A stretch of DNA of 64,000 bases from positions 1 through 64,000 of the IMG/VR virus record IMGVR_UViG_3300047160_017115. One strand, 5' to 3'. The notes beneath the pieces are model-generated. The model did not search any database, was not told the origin of the DNA, and was given only the letters and a program-made list of their open reading frames with translations. The first letter of the stretch is position 1, and every line of letters begins with the position of its first letter. The DNA comes from a virus. Taxonomy: Duplodnaviria; Caudoviricetes. The position numbers were made by a program, and so were the translations under genes. This document shows positions 8,499 to 17,426 of the stretch, piece after piece.

Positions 8499-8753
8499 GT
8501 GTTCGGCTTCCTGAAACACAAACCGACCCCCGAGGCGATCGCCGACGAGCTCATCGAGGCCTTGCGAAGCGCCGCGGGTAAGGAGGACGCCATCTTCCTG
8601 TTCAACCAGGACAGCCTGCGGAAACTCCTGCGCATAACGGTCCGCAAGGCTCGCGGGAAGACCGTCGATTGGGGGTGCCTGACCATCCCTATCCACGAAA
8701 ACGGTTTTGAGGACGAGGACGAGCCCTGGTACGTGGGGCCCGAGCCGTTCTGA
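8499..8753 (+). CDS. small hypothetical protein
   Basis: GTG start after GGAGGAG RBS; 84 aa. Confidence 0.65.
   Translation: MFGFLKHKPTPEAIADELIEALRSAAGKEDAIFLFNQDSLRKLLRITVRKARGKTVDWGCLTIPIHENGFEDEDEPWYVGPEPF
8697..8709 (+). promoter_or_regulatory. 13-bp motif RAAAACGGTTTYG
   Basis: GAAAACGGTTTTG inside CDS. Confidence 0.6.
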
Positions 8754-8790
8754 GCTCCCTATTCCATCCACTGCCCGCGAGACCACAGAG

Positions 8791-9426
8791 ATGATCGTCT
8801 ACAAGTTGACCGACCAACGGATGCAGACTCGCAACGGCTTCCAGTGGGGGCTGGGTGTTACGAAACATACCTCAGGTAAAGGGAAGCTTTGCGGCCCCGG
8901 CTGGCTCCATGCTTACGCCGACCCCCTCGTGGCCGTGTTCATGAACCCGGTCCACGCCGAATTCCGTTTCCCACGGCTATTCGAGGCGGAAGCGAGCGGG
9001 GAGCTCGAGTACGACGGGAATCTAAAGCTCGGCACGACGACGCTAACGCTACGAATAGAACTGGCGCTCCCCGTGCTCTCGGAGTTCGTCCGCGCCAGAG
9101 TAGCGATCAAGGCCGCGCAGCTGGTTTTACCGGACGATGTCCGGCCTGCCTGGCGGAGCTGGGCCAACAAGTGGTTGTCCAGGGAGGACCGTTACACCGG
9201 GTCAGCGTTCGACAACTGGGAGTTACTGGATTACACGCTCAACACGGATTTCTGGGCGGCGTCGCACGCGTCGAGCGCCTGTTTTAACTGCTTTCCCGGT
9301 CACGAGACCTGGGCGGCCTACTCAGCGGCCCTGGCGGTGGAGAAGGCCCAAGGTGCAAGGAAGTGTGAGATACCTCTACCCAAGATGATTCGGGAGGCCA
9401 TCGAGGCCGAGAAGGGGCACCAATGA
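8791..9426 (+). CDS. DUF7666-like domain protein, paralog 1 of 7
   Basis: MIVYKLTD..M.T..GFQW...LC..GWLHAY.DPL.A.FM...H....RLFEAEA N-terminal domain. Confidence 0.8.
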   Translation: MIVYKLTDQRMQTRNGFQWGLGVTKHTSGKGKLCGPGWLHAYADPLVAVFMNPVHAEFRFPRLFEAEASGELEYDGNLKLGTTTLTLRIELALPVLSEFVRARVAIKAAQLVLPDDVRPAWRSWANKWLSREDRYTGSAFDNWELLDYTLNTDFWAASHASSACFNCFPGHETWAAYSAALAVEKAQGARKCEIPLPKMIREAIEAEKGHQ

Positions 9427-10040
9427 TCGTCTACAAGGTTACCGACGATGTCATGCAGACCTTTCGCGGCTACCAGTGGGAACTCAACGTCACGAAGACG
9501 ACGGACGGCGCCGGGAGGTTGTGCGGCAAAGGCTGGCTGCACGCCTACCCCGACACCCTGACGGCCGCGTTCATGTGCGAATTCCACTGCGTATACCCCC
9601 CGAGACGGCTCTTCGAGGCTGAGGCCGGCGAGACCGTCCTACACGCGCCGTTCAAGCTCGGCACGACTGAGCTGACGTTGAAGCGCAAGCTGCCGCTCCC
9701 CGTGATCCCTATGGTTGTCGTGCTGCGTACCACGATCACGGCGGTGCTGCGATACGGAACACCGAGGTACCCCACACCGTGGCACCGCTGGGCAGCGCGG
9801 TGGTTGTCGGGCGTTGACCGGAGCACCAACAGGGCAGAAGGGATCTCAAGTCGATACACGAGCCTGGGGGCCGTAGGCTGTGCCAGTCGTGCCGTCCAAC
9901 ACGCGCTATTCGACCCTTCCTCTTCGCGCGCGTGGGCGGGGCAGGCTCTTCACCATCTCGAAACCGTTTTCGACCTGCCCGCCCTCATCCAGGAGGCCGC
10001 AGAAGCGGAAGGAGAGCTAGTGTGCTCGTCTACAAAGTAA
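9423..10040 (+). CDS. DUF7666-like domain protein, paralog 2 of 7
   Basis: same N-terminal domain; ATGA overlap with paralog 1. Confidence 0.8.
   Translation: MIVYKVTDDVMQTFRGYQWELNVTKTTDGAGRLCGKGWLHAYPDTLTAAFMCEFHCVYPPRRLFEAEAGETVLHAPFKLGTTELTLKRKLPLPVIPMVVVLRTTITAVLRYGTPRYPTPWHRWAARWLSGVDRSTNRAEGISSRYTSLGAVGCASRAVQHALFDPSSSRAWAGQALHHLETVFDLPALIQEAAEAEGELVCSSTK
9959..9971 (-). promoter_or_regulatory. 13-bp motif RAAAACGGTTTYG
   Basis: reverse complement GAAAACGGTTTCG inside CDS. Confidence 0.6.
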
Positions 10041-10651
10041 CTGACGCGAACATGAGGACACGCGGCAACTACCAGTGGGCGCTCAACGTCACGCAGACGA
10101 CGGACGGCCGCGGCGATCTCTGTAGCCAAGGCTGGCTGCACGCCTACCCCGACACCCTGACGGCCGCGTTCATGTGCCACTACCACTGCGCGTTCAAACC
10201 CGCGCGCATGTTCGAGGCGGAGACGGGGGAAGTCGTCCGTAAAGAGACGTTGAAGCTTGGTACGACGGAGTTGACCCTGACACGAGAACTCGCGATCTAC
10301 GAGATCCCCCTCGTCGTTTGCGTACGCACGGCGATCGCGGCAACGCTATCGTTCGTGCACCAACAATTCCACTCAAGCTGGGAAGCGTGGGCAAAGATGT
10401 GGCTGGCGGGTGAGGGTCGCGGTGAATATGACGCCGCCAACGCTTTCACCTACGTCGATTGGTACGAGTACTCCAAGATCTACAGCTTCGAGGCCGCGCA
10501 GTTTCTTAGTCGAGCCGCTAGGGAAGGTCGGGATGATGACGAGATAGAGATTCGGCGGCTCGCGGCAGCGGCCGCGGAAAATCTCAATCGTCACGTCGAC
10601 CTACCGCCCCTCCTTCAGGCGGCGGCCGCGGCCGAGGGATTAACAATATGA
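10022..10651 (+). CDS. DUF7666-like domain protein, paralog 3 of 7
   Basis: GTG start VLVYKVTD; long nucleotide identity with paralog 2 (GGCTGGCTGCACGCCTACCCCGACACCCTGACGGCCGCGTTCATGTGC). Confidence 0.8.
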   Translation: MLVYKVTDANMRTRGNYQWALNVTQTTDGRGDLCSQGWLHAYPDTLTAAFMCHYHCAFKPARMFEAETGEVVRKETLKLGTTELTLTRELAIYEIPLVVCVRTAIAATLSFVHQQFHSSWEAWAKMWLAGEGRGEYDAANAFTYVDWYEYSKIYSFEAAQFLSRAAREGRDDDEIEIRRLAAAAAENLNRHVDLPPLLQAAAAAEGLTI

Positions 10652-11259
10652 GCCACCACACCCTCCATAAACTCGGCGGGGTCATCCTGACCAACCCCAA
10701 GTTCGCCCACAACGTTGGGGGCGCGCTCAGGGCCTGTTCCTGCTTCGGCGTCCCGTCTCTCTGGTGGACCGGGAGCCGCGTGACCCTCGATGTCAAGAAC
10801 GGGGAACGGCTGCCCCGCGAGGAGCGCATGAGGGGCTTCCGTGACGTCGAGATGGTCCGCGACGACCGACCCTTTGACCGCCTCCCCGAGGGCGCGACGC
10901 CCGTCGGCGTGGAGGTCCGCCCGAACGCCGAGAACCTCTTCGCGTTCGAGCACCCCGACAATCCCGTATTCGTCTTTGGCCCCGAGGACGGTTCGCTGTC
11001 GCGCACCGTCCTGGGACAGTGCCACAGGTTCGTCTTCCTACCGACTGCCCACTGCCTCAACCTCGCGACCGCCGTCACCGCCGTCCTCTATGACTGGCGG
11101 CTGAAGCGCTGGAAGGCCGGCCTCGACCCCACGCTGACCCTCGGGGACTGCGTCAACCAGGGCGACGGCGGTTTCCCCGAGAACGAGGACGCCCTCGTCG
11201 GCGTGTCCCCCGAGGGGATGGGGCGCGGTCACACCTCCCGCACAAGGACCTTTCGTTGA
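10648..11259 (+). CDS. SpoU/TrmH-family RNA methyltransferase
   Basis: NPKFAHNVGGALRAC motif 1, FVFGPEDGSL motif 2, CLNLATAVTAVLY motif 3. Confidence 0.9.
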   Translation: MSHHTLHKLGGVILTNPKFAHNVGGALRACSCFGVPSLWWTGSRVTLDVKNGERLPREERMRGFRDVEMVRDDRPFDRLPEGATPVGVEVRPNAENLFAFEHPDNPVFVFGPEDGSLSRTVLGQCHRFVFLPTAHCLNLATAVTAVLYDWRLKRWKAGLDPTLTLGDCVNQGDGGFPENEDALVGVSPEGMGRGHTSRTRTFR

Positions 11260-11618
11260 CACGACCGGACGACCTGTCGGACCCAAACCAACAGGTCCTG
11301 TTGTGGATCATCCTCGACATCGGCCTGGCCGCCGCCCACCTGATCACCAACTCGACCGACGACCACGCCGCGGCCTTGTTCTCCTTCGTCGAGGAAGAGT
11401 ATGAGCTTGTCGACGATCCCGCCGAGCCACGGGCCGCCGCCGTGGGCCGCTGGCTCGCGGACGCCGACGACGAACAGATTGGCGAGCTCGCCACCGCCGT
11501 GCTGGCGCTCGGCGCTGACACCGTGGTGTGCGAGCGCTGCCAGCGCGATGTCCCGTCTCGTACCGCCCATACCCGCCGCGGACGCTGGGTGGGCGACGAA
11601 TGTTGTTGGAAGAAGTAA
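11256..11618 (+). CDS. hypothetical protein with C-terminal Cys cluster
   Basis: 120 aa, CERC...CC; overlaps upstream stop. Confidence 0.5.
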   Translation: MTRPDDLSDPNQQVLLWIILDIGLAAAHLITNSTDDHAAALFSFVEEEYELVDDPAEPRAAAVGRWLADADDEQIGELATAVLALGADTVVCERCQRDVPSRTAHTRRGRWVGDECCWKK

Positions 11619-11651
11619 AGGTCCCCCCAAGAGCAACCCAGGAGATTCACA

Positions 11652-13115
11652 GTGGAAGTCTTCACCTCGCGCTCGACTTCTGAAGGGTCTCTCGACAAGA
11701 AGCCCGCGCCGGCGGCGATGATCCGGTCGCTGCACGCCCTGCTCTACATGACTGACCACAGGCTGGCGAACCTGAAGATCACGAGGGAGTGCGCCCTGCG
11801 TCTCCTGATGAACCAGAAGACCGACGAGGCCGGGCTCACGGAGTTCGAGACCCGCGCGATCGAGGCGTGCGACAAGACCATGAGGGGCGCCAACTTCAGG
11901 AACCTGCAGGCGGCGATGGAGGCCGTGGGCTGGGCAGACAAGGAGGCGGTGTTCCAGGCCGTTATCGACAAGTTCCTCCCCGCCGACGCCGGCCCCCTCT
12001 ACGCCTCCGCCCCCACGGACGACGAGCGAGAAGTGCTCGGGGACCAGGCGACAGCTTACGCCGAGCGACGCGCGTCCTGCGCCGCCAAGGCACGGATCGC
12101 GACGCTGTCCTGTCTCGACGAGGACGGCGTATCTCCGCGACTGGCGCGCTTCATCGCCCTCTCGCTGGTGACCGGGGTGCCGAGCCTGACCCCGGCGTGG
12201 TGGAGCCTCGAGGAGAGGACGTACTTCCGCGACAGGGCCTCCCTCCTCAGGGGTACGGAGACCCTCAACGCCCACGTCGCGGCGCGCCTCTCTGACATCG
12301 CGCTCAAGATCGTCGACACGTTCATCCCCAGGCCCCCTGAGGGCGACGGTTACGAGGCGCCTATGTACCTCGACGACGACCGCGACGAACCTCGCGCCGC
12401 CGTGCCGACGGAGTACGAGAAGTCGACCTTCAAGGGCGACGCCGAGTACGCCGCGCGGAAGAGACACGAAGTGGAGCTCGCGGCCCACGCCCTGCGCTCC
12501 CTGTACTCCGAGGCCGCCTCCGACCGCGTGGTAAACTACCTCGTGAGGAAGGCTTTCGAGTCCTTCATCGACGAGAAGGTCCAGCCCCCCACGGGGTTGA
12601 CGCGCGCCGAGCAGAGGCTGATCGACAGTTACGACGACCTGGACGAGGACGTCAGCGCGATCCTGGCCGCGATCCCCCCTGATAACATCACGAAACAGGT
12701 GTTCATCGCCCACGCCATCGAGACGGGACTGCCCCCGCTACAGAGCGGGAACGAGTTCGACCCGACGCCGACGGCGGCCGAGTGCCTCAGTTGGGGTGCG
12801 CAGGCCGTGCGCTACGGGCTGCTGCGAGCCTGGGCCATGACTGACATCCGCCGGATACAGGCCACGGGCCAGCCCTGGGCCACTATGCGAGCTTTCAAGC
12901 TCTGTCTGATGTCAAATCTACAGACCGAGACCCACCTGGAACCGCCGGCCGACTGGCCCCTCGAGGAGCGCGATTACGCCTCGACGTGGCTCGACGAGAT
13001 CCGCTACGCGAAGACCAGACGGAAGGTAGGCTGGGAGGAGTCTCTCGAGACCAAAATGCTCCTGAACATCTTCGAGGAAGCGTTCAACCAACCGGAGGAG
13101 GTCCTTGCCAGTTAA
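11652..13115 (+). CDS. hypothetical protein (487 aa)
   Basis: long ORF with typical codon bias and upstream GGAG; no motif recognised. Confidence 0.75.
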   Translation: MEVFTSRSTSEGSLDKKPAPAAMIRSLHALLYMTDHRLANLKITRECALRLLMNQKTDEAGLTEFETRAIEACDKTMRGANFRNLQAAMEAVGWADKEAVFQAVIDKFLPADAGPLYASAPTDDEREVLGDQATAYAERRASCAAKARIATLSCLDEDGVSPRLARFIALSLVTGVPSLTPAWWSLEERTYFRDRASLLRGTETLNAHVAARLSDIALKIVDTFIPRPPEGDGYEAPMYLDDDRDEPRAAVPTEYEKSTFKGDAEYAARKRHEVELAAHALRSLYSEAASDRVVNYLVRKAFESFIDEKVQPPTGLTRAEQRLIDSYDDLDEDVSAILAAIPPDNITKQVFIAHAIETGLPPLQSGNEFDPTPTAAECLSWGAQAVRYGLLRAWAMTDIRRIQATGQPWATMRAFKLCLMSNLQTETHLEPPADWPLEERDYASTWLDEIRYAKTRRKVGWEESLETKMLLNIFEEAFNQPEEVLAS

Positions 13116-13554
13116 CCCAACCTCGATCGGCGCGCTGCGTGCGGCCATCGAGGGACTGTCCGACAAAGCCGCCCTCCTGCCCGATTGGGCCGAGGGTCAA
13201 CCCCCCGAGGACAGTGAGTACGGTATTGAGGTCTACGGCTTCGAGAAGGGGGCCGACGGGGGCGGCCCCTTCCTCAAACTGAAAGTCGGCCTGTACGACC
13301 TGTACGAGGACACCGAGGACGCCGTCGACCTCGGCCCCATCCCCGTCCACAAGTTCGAGTTCGCCGCGGCCTACATGGCCCGAGCCTTCGTCGACGGCTA
13401 TCTCCTGACGAATCCGGTCACCGATCTCCTCTCCAAGGAACCGGCGTACGAACACGATACCAAACGTTGGATCGTGTCGATCCGGTCCCACCTCCCCGCG
13501 TTCCTCGGCATGAAGTCAGACGCCGAGGGGAATATCTGGCACAGGGCCAAGTGA
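13105..13554 (+). CDS. hypothetical protein
   Basis: 149 aa, GGAGG RBS, coupled to neighbours. Confidence 0.7.
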   Translation: MPVNPTSIGALRAAIEGLSDKAALLPDWAEGQPPEDSEYGIEVYGFEKGADGGGPFLKLKVGLYDLYEDTEDAVDLGPIPVHKFEFAAAYMARAFVDGYLLTNPVTDLLSKEPAYEHDTKRWIVSIRSHLPAFLGMKSDAEGNIWHRAK

Positions 13555-13841
13555 AGACCAGGATTCACGTCAACAGGTTTGTCATCGCCCGCAACCGGAA
13601 GACCGGCGAGTGCCAGCCACCGCTGCGTGCGAAGACCTACAAGGGGAACGAGAAGGCCGGTCAGTTCGACATCCTGGTCCGCGGCGAGGTCGTAGCCAGT
13701 GTCGTGTACCACCCAGAGGCCCCGCTGTCGTGCGGGGCCGTGGCCTGGGTCGAGACCGAGCATGAGGTGAGGGCAGTTTGTACTACGAGATCTACCCCAA
13801 CGGGGGCTGTGGGGGTCGCCGCCCCCTGTACGAGTGCGTAG
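13551..13841 (+). CDS. small conserved phage protein
   Basis: GTG start KTRIHVNR..I..N.KTG...PPL...Y.P..PLSCGA.AWVET pattern that I recognise from many phages. Confidence 0.7.
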   Translation: MKTRIHVNRFVIARNRKTGECQPPLRAKTYKGNEKAGQFDILVRGEVVASVVYHPEAPLSCGAVAWVETEHEVRAVCTTRSTPTGAVGVAAPCTSA

Positions 13842-14194
13842 TCAAGATCCGCGACGAGAACGGGTCCTGGCTCAACCAGTTCCTTTTCAGCGGCGTCGTG
13901 GAGGTCTTGAGGGGCGACGAGGAGGAGTACCGGCTCGGGCGCGAGCGCATCGAGCTCCACCCGCTGAACAGGGTGTACGGCTTCCTGCTGGTCAACGCGT
14001 ACAAGGAAACACACGCCGAGCCGGACGAGACCGTCGAACGCGCCTACAAGTTCTGCAGGCTCGTCGCCGAGGGCGTGCTCACGAACGCTGACGAGTACGG
14101 CAGGGCTCTCCAGCAGTATTACGACGAAGGTGTGCTCCGTGAGGCATTGCTCCCGTGGAAGGGAGCCCTTCTGAGCGCCGCGAACGCTAACTGA
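13778..14194 (+). CDS. hypothetical protein
   Basis: 138 aa, good codon bias, overlaps previous gene end. Confidence 0.65.
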   Translation: MYYEIYPNGGCGGRRPLYECVVKIRDENGSWLNQFLFSGVVEVLRGDEEEYRLGRERIELHPLNRVYGFLLVNAYKETHAEPDETVERAYKFCRLVAEGVLTNADEYGRALQQYYDEGVLREALLPWKGALLSAANAN

Positions 14195-14281
14195 GGACAA
14201 AGTCACAGAGAATGAGCAGCCGCAGTCCGGGCACGGAGGCGTCTAACGCCGCCGTGTCCGCCCCGGGGCCACGCGCGTAGC

Positions 14282-14986
14282 GTGTTCATCCGGGGCAATT
14301 CGAAGTTAGGGGAGGACGTCTGGACCTGGTCGATCCTCGCGGGTCATACCTGTCCCGGTAAGTCGGCCCCCTGCCTTTCGGAATGCTACGCCCTCCACGG
14401 GCATTTTGTATGGGCCAGCACGATCGCGTCCCACCAGAGCCGATGGGAACACTCCCTGAAGCGTAGTTTCGTCAAGGACGCGCTCGCCGAGCTGGAGAAG
14501 CTCAAACCCAAGGTGCTACGCGTGCACGTCGCCGGCGATTTCTACTCGCCGGCCTACGTCCGCAAGTGGCACAAGATCATCGAGGCCACGCCAGGCACTC
14601 AGTTCTTCCTGTTCAGTCGCAGCTGGCGGGTCCCGAACATCCTCCGCGAGCTCCGCAAGCTCGCCGGCCTCAAGAACGTGTGCATGTGGTTCTCCTGCGA
14701 CCAGGAGACCGGCGCACCTCCCTTGGCCCGCAACGTCCGCCGCGCCTACATGTCGCTCAACGACGACGACGCCCCCTTGTACCGCGTCGACCTCGTCTTC
14801 AGGGCGAAGCGGGGCACCACGCAAAAGTTCAACAAGAGAGGTCACTTCGTCTGCCCTGTCGAGCAGGGGATCGTACGCCAGAAGCACATCACGTGCTCCA
14901 CGTGCCGCCTCTGCTTCACCCCAGGGCCCATGCCCAGAAAGGAACCCCAACGTGCCGCGCGCCAACCGACCCTTGCGAGTGTCTAA
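14282..14986 (+). CDS. Gene product 88 (GP88)-family, radical-SAM-like Fe-S protein
   Basis: NSKLG...TCPG..APC..ECYA CxxxxxxCxxxC cluster, RVHVAGDFYS, FLFSRSW, C-terminal CSTCRLC. Confidence 0.8.
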   Translation: MFIRGNSKLGEDVWTWSILAGHTCPGKSAPCLSECYALHGHFVWASTIASHQSRWEHSLKRSFVKDALAELEKLKPKVLRVHVAGDFYSPAYVRKWHKIIEATPGTQFFLFSRSWRVPNILRELRKLAGLKNVCMWFSCDQETGAPPLARNVRRAYMSLNDDDAPLYRVDLVFRAKRGTTQKFNKRGHFVCPVEQGIVRQKHITCSTCRLCFTPGPMPRKEPQRAARQPTLASV

Positions 14987-16205
14987 GATCACGCCAACGG
15001 AGCTCGTCAACGCCTACCCCCTCCCTCCCCTGGAGGCCAAGGACGAGGAGACGTGCGAGGACCTCTACTTCCGCGCCTTCAACGCCGAGGACCGGCTGTT
15101 CCTGTACCTCGCCGACGAGCTCAACGCGGCCGCGGGGTTCAAGGAGCCCTTCCTCGCCGAGCTTGACGCCGCGATCACCGACCTCGAGCTCGTGTACGCC
15201 CACCTGAGCGGCCACCGTTCTCGCAAGCCCGTCGAGAAGAAGACGCAAGCACAGTCTGAGAAGACGGTCAAGGAACTTTTTGACCGCCTCACGACCGTGT
15301 CCCCCTGCCGCGACGTGCCCGCTCAGTGTCACCAACTCGAGTCGCTGCCCTCCCCTCCTGGGTGGAAGATTCAAGTTCGACCCGACGGCTTCACCGCGAC
15401 GCCCGAAGGGGTGACCGAGGGCGAGGTCCTGCCCCAGGACCCGGGTGTGACCCGAGAGGGCACGGAGCCCTCCAAGCCCGCAGGGGGCAAGGCGGACCGC
15501 GCCGCTCAGGTGCTGTCGAACCTCAGGAAGAGGGCCGAGAAGGACGCCCCCCTGGCCGTCTTTCTGTCACACCTCGACGGTGCCTGCGGCGTGAGCCGGC
15601 ACAAGCTGGAGACGAGCGGCCTGCTCAACGAGACGGACCTCAGGAAGATCAACACGATCCTCCAGCACGAAGCGCTGCGGCTCAACCTGCACCGCAGCGA
15701 CATCGTCCGGTCGTCGCCCGCCAAGTCGGGCACCTGGTACCAGTTCCACCCGGACCTCAAGCTCGTCCTCGCGGCCCAACGGCACAACGAGACCGAGGGC
15801 CTCATGCCCTTTAGCGTGTTCGCCGAGGGCTACCACAAGGACATCAGCGACAAGGCGGAGGCGATCCTCGTGAAGGCCCTGTGGGTCGACGAGACCCGGT
15901 ACAAGATCCTGTGCCTGCTGGGCGAGATGAAATCGGACACCGGCTTCATCGACGGCGCGGCCATCGGCCTCAGGACGAGGCAGAGCGCGCTGGGCGTCGG
16001 GCGCAGCGTCGCGAGTCTGCGACGGTTGTCGCTCGAGGCGGGCCTCGGCCCCGAGGAGTTCGTGGAGACCGTTCGCGAGGGGGACAGCCGTTTCTACAAG
16101 CTCCGGCCCGCCGTCCTCGCCGTCCTCGACAACATCAAGGCCAAGGTGGAGCTCAAGGACGCGTCCTCGTGCCTTGCCTCCCCCGCCAAGAAGGTCGCCG
16201 TCTGA
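14952..16205 (+). CDS. hypothetical protein, possible C-terminal winged-helix
   Basis: 417 aa; C-terminal VASLRRLS...VETVREGDSRFYKL resembles wHTH wing; true start may be slightly downstream. Confidence 0.6.
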   Translation: MPRANRPLRVSKITPTELVNAYPLPPLEAKDEETCEDLYFRAFNAEDRLFLYLADELNAAAGFKEPFLAELDAAITDLELVYAHLSGHRSRKPVEKKTQAQSEKTVKELFDRLTTVSPCRDVPAQCHQLESLPSPPGWKIQVRPDGFTATPEGVTEGEVLPQDPGVTREGTEPSKPAGGKADRAAQVLSNLRKRAEKDAPLAVFLSHLDGACGVSRHKLETSGLLNETDLRKINTILQHEALRLNLHRSDIVRSSPAKSGTWYQFHPDLKLVLAAQRHNETEGLMPFSVFAEGYHKDISDKAEAILVKALWVDETRYKILCLLGEMKSDTGFIDGAAIGLRTRQSALGVGRSVASLRRLSLEAGLGPEEFVETVREGDSRFYKLRPAVLAVLDNIKAKVELKDASSCLASPAKKVAV

Positions 16206-16218
16206 CAAAACCGTTTTT
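16206..16218 (-). promoter_or_regulatory. 13-bp motif RAAAACGGTTTYG
   Basis: reverse complement AAAAACGGTTTTG, intergenic between convergent genes. Confidence 0.6.
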
Positions 16219-16250
16219 GTGGCCGGTCCCGTGGGAAGGAGCCCACGGGG

Positions 16251-17426
16251 CTAGGCCAGGCCCCCGTAGGAGGCCGCCAGGGCGTTGAGCTCGGCGTCGG
16301 TGAGGCCGATGCGCACGTCCGAGGACGTCTTACGCAGGGTCGGGTGCAGGCCCAGGTCTCCCATCATGGCGTCGAAGAGCTCGGCGTCAGGTCGGGGGAG
16401 CGTGTGCACCAGCTGTGCCATCTTCTCGGGGTCGACTTCCAGACCCCGACGCACACTGTCGGCGAACTCGTCGCCGAACAGGCTGCGGACGTCGTCGAGG
16501 GCGACCTTGGCGAGCGTCGTCTTGTCGTAACACGACCCGCTGGTGAGCTCGCACTTCGTTGCCAGCTCGCCGGCGGCCTTGGTGAAAGTCGCCTCGAAGA
16601 GCACGTCCTCCGGCGCCGGGATGGCCTGCGAGTAGCGGCCCACGAGGCCCTGGTCGCGGTCGATACCGTCGACGAGCTCCGCGAGCTTTACGAGGTTGTC
16701 GGGGTGACAGAAGCGGCGCTTCTGGTTGTCGATGGCGTTGGCGAGCTCGAAGAGTTTGGTGGTCATGGCCGCGCTCTTCACGAGCCGGCCCCGGTCCCGC
16801 AACATCGCCGTGACCCTGTCAGGGTCGCACACCCCCCGGCCCGCCTGGCGCTCGAGGAACTCGTCGTACCCCGCGCCGAGGGCGGCGCCGTACGCCGCGG
16901 CCTTCTCGAGAATGCGGTCGGCGATCTCGTGGCGCTGGCTGAACGGAAGCGACGTGCGCACCGAGTACAACCACTCGGCGGCCTCCTTGACCCCGGCGGC
17001 GTCGCGCATCAGGCCGTACCGGCCGGAAGGGAACACGGCGGCGAACTCCGAGTCGGGTGGGCCTGCCGCCTCTGCCTCGGCGAGCTCAGCGGCCCGCTTC
17101 TCGACGGCCTCGTACTCCGGCACGATGCCCCAGTACTCAGCGAAGCCCCGCAACCTTCCTTCGATCCGCGCGCGGTCGCTAGGCTTGAACGCGGCCCGCT
17201 TGTCGAGGTAATACGCTGCAGACAACCAGGTAGCGGCCTTGCTGTCGCAGTTGTAGAGGCCGTGAACCTGGTCGGCGCAGGCACCGGCCTCCAGTCGCTC
17301 GGGGCCACCCACGGCGTCGAAGTCGGCCTGCTTGACGAAGTCAGGAAACTCGTACAGGTGCGCGAGGCGCACCAGTTCCGACCGGTTGCGGTCGGAGCGG
17401 ACATCCCCCACGGACGGAATCGACAT
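16251..17426 (-). CDS. hypothetical protein (possible virion/late protein)
   Basis: strong codon bias on minus strand; start placed at MSIPSV (ORF open to 17507); one of few antisense genes. Confidence 0.7.
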   Translation of the reverse strand: MSIPSVGDVRSDRNRSELVRLAHLYEFPDFVKQADFDAVGGPERLEAGACADQVHGLYNCDSKAATWLSAAYYLDKRAAFKPSDRARIEGRLRGFAEYWGIVPEYEAVEKRAAELAEAEAAGPPDSEFAAVFPSGRYGLMRDAAGVKEAAEWLYSVRTSLPFSQRHEIADRILEKAAAYGAALGAGYDEFLERQAGRGVCDPDRVTAMLRDRGRLVKSAAMTTKLFELANAIDNQKRRFCHPDNLVKLAELVDGIDRDQGLVGRYSQAIPAPEDVLFEATFTKAAGELATKCELTSGSCYDKTTLAKVALDDVRSLFGDEFADSVRRGLEVDPEKMAQLVHTLPRPDAELFDAMMGDLGLHPTLRKTSSDVRIGLTDAELNALAASYGGLA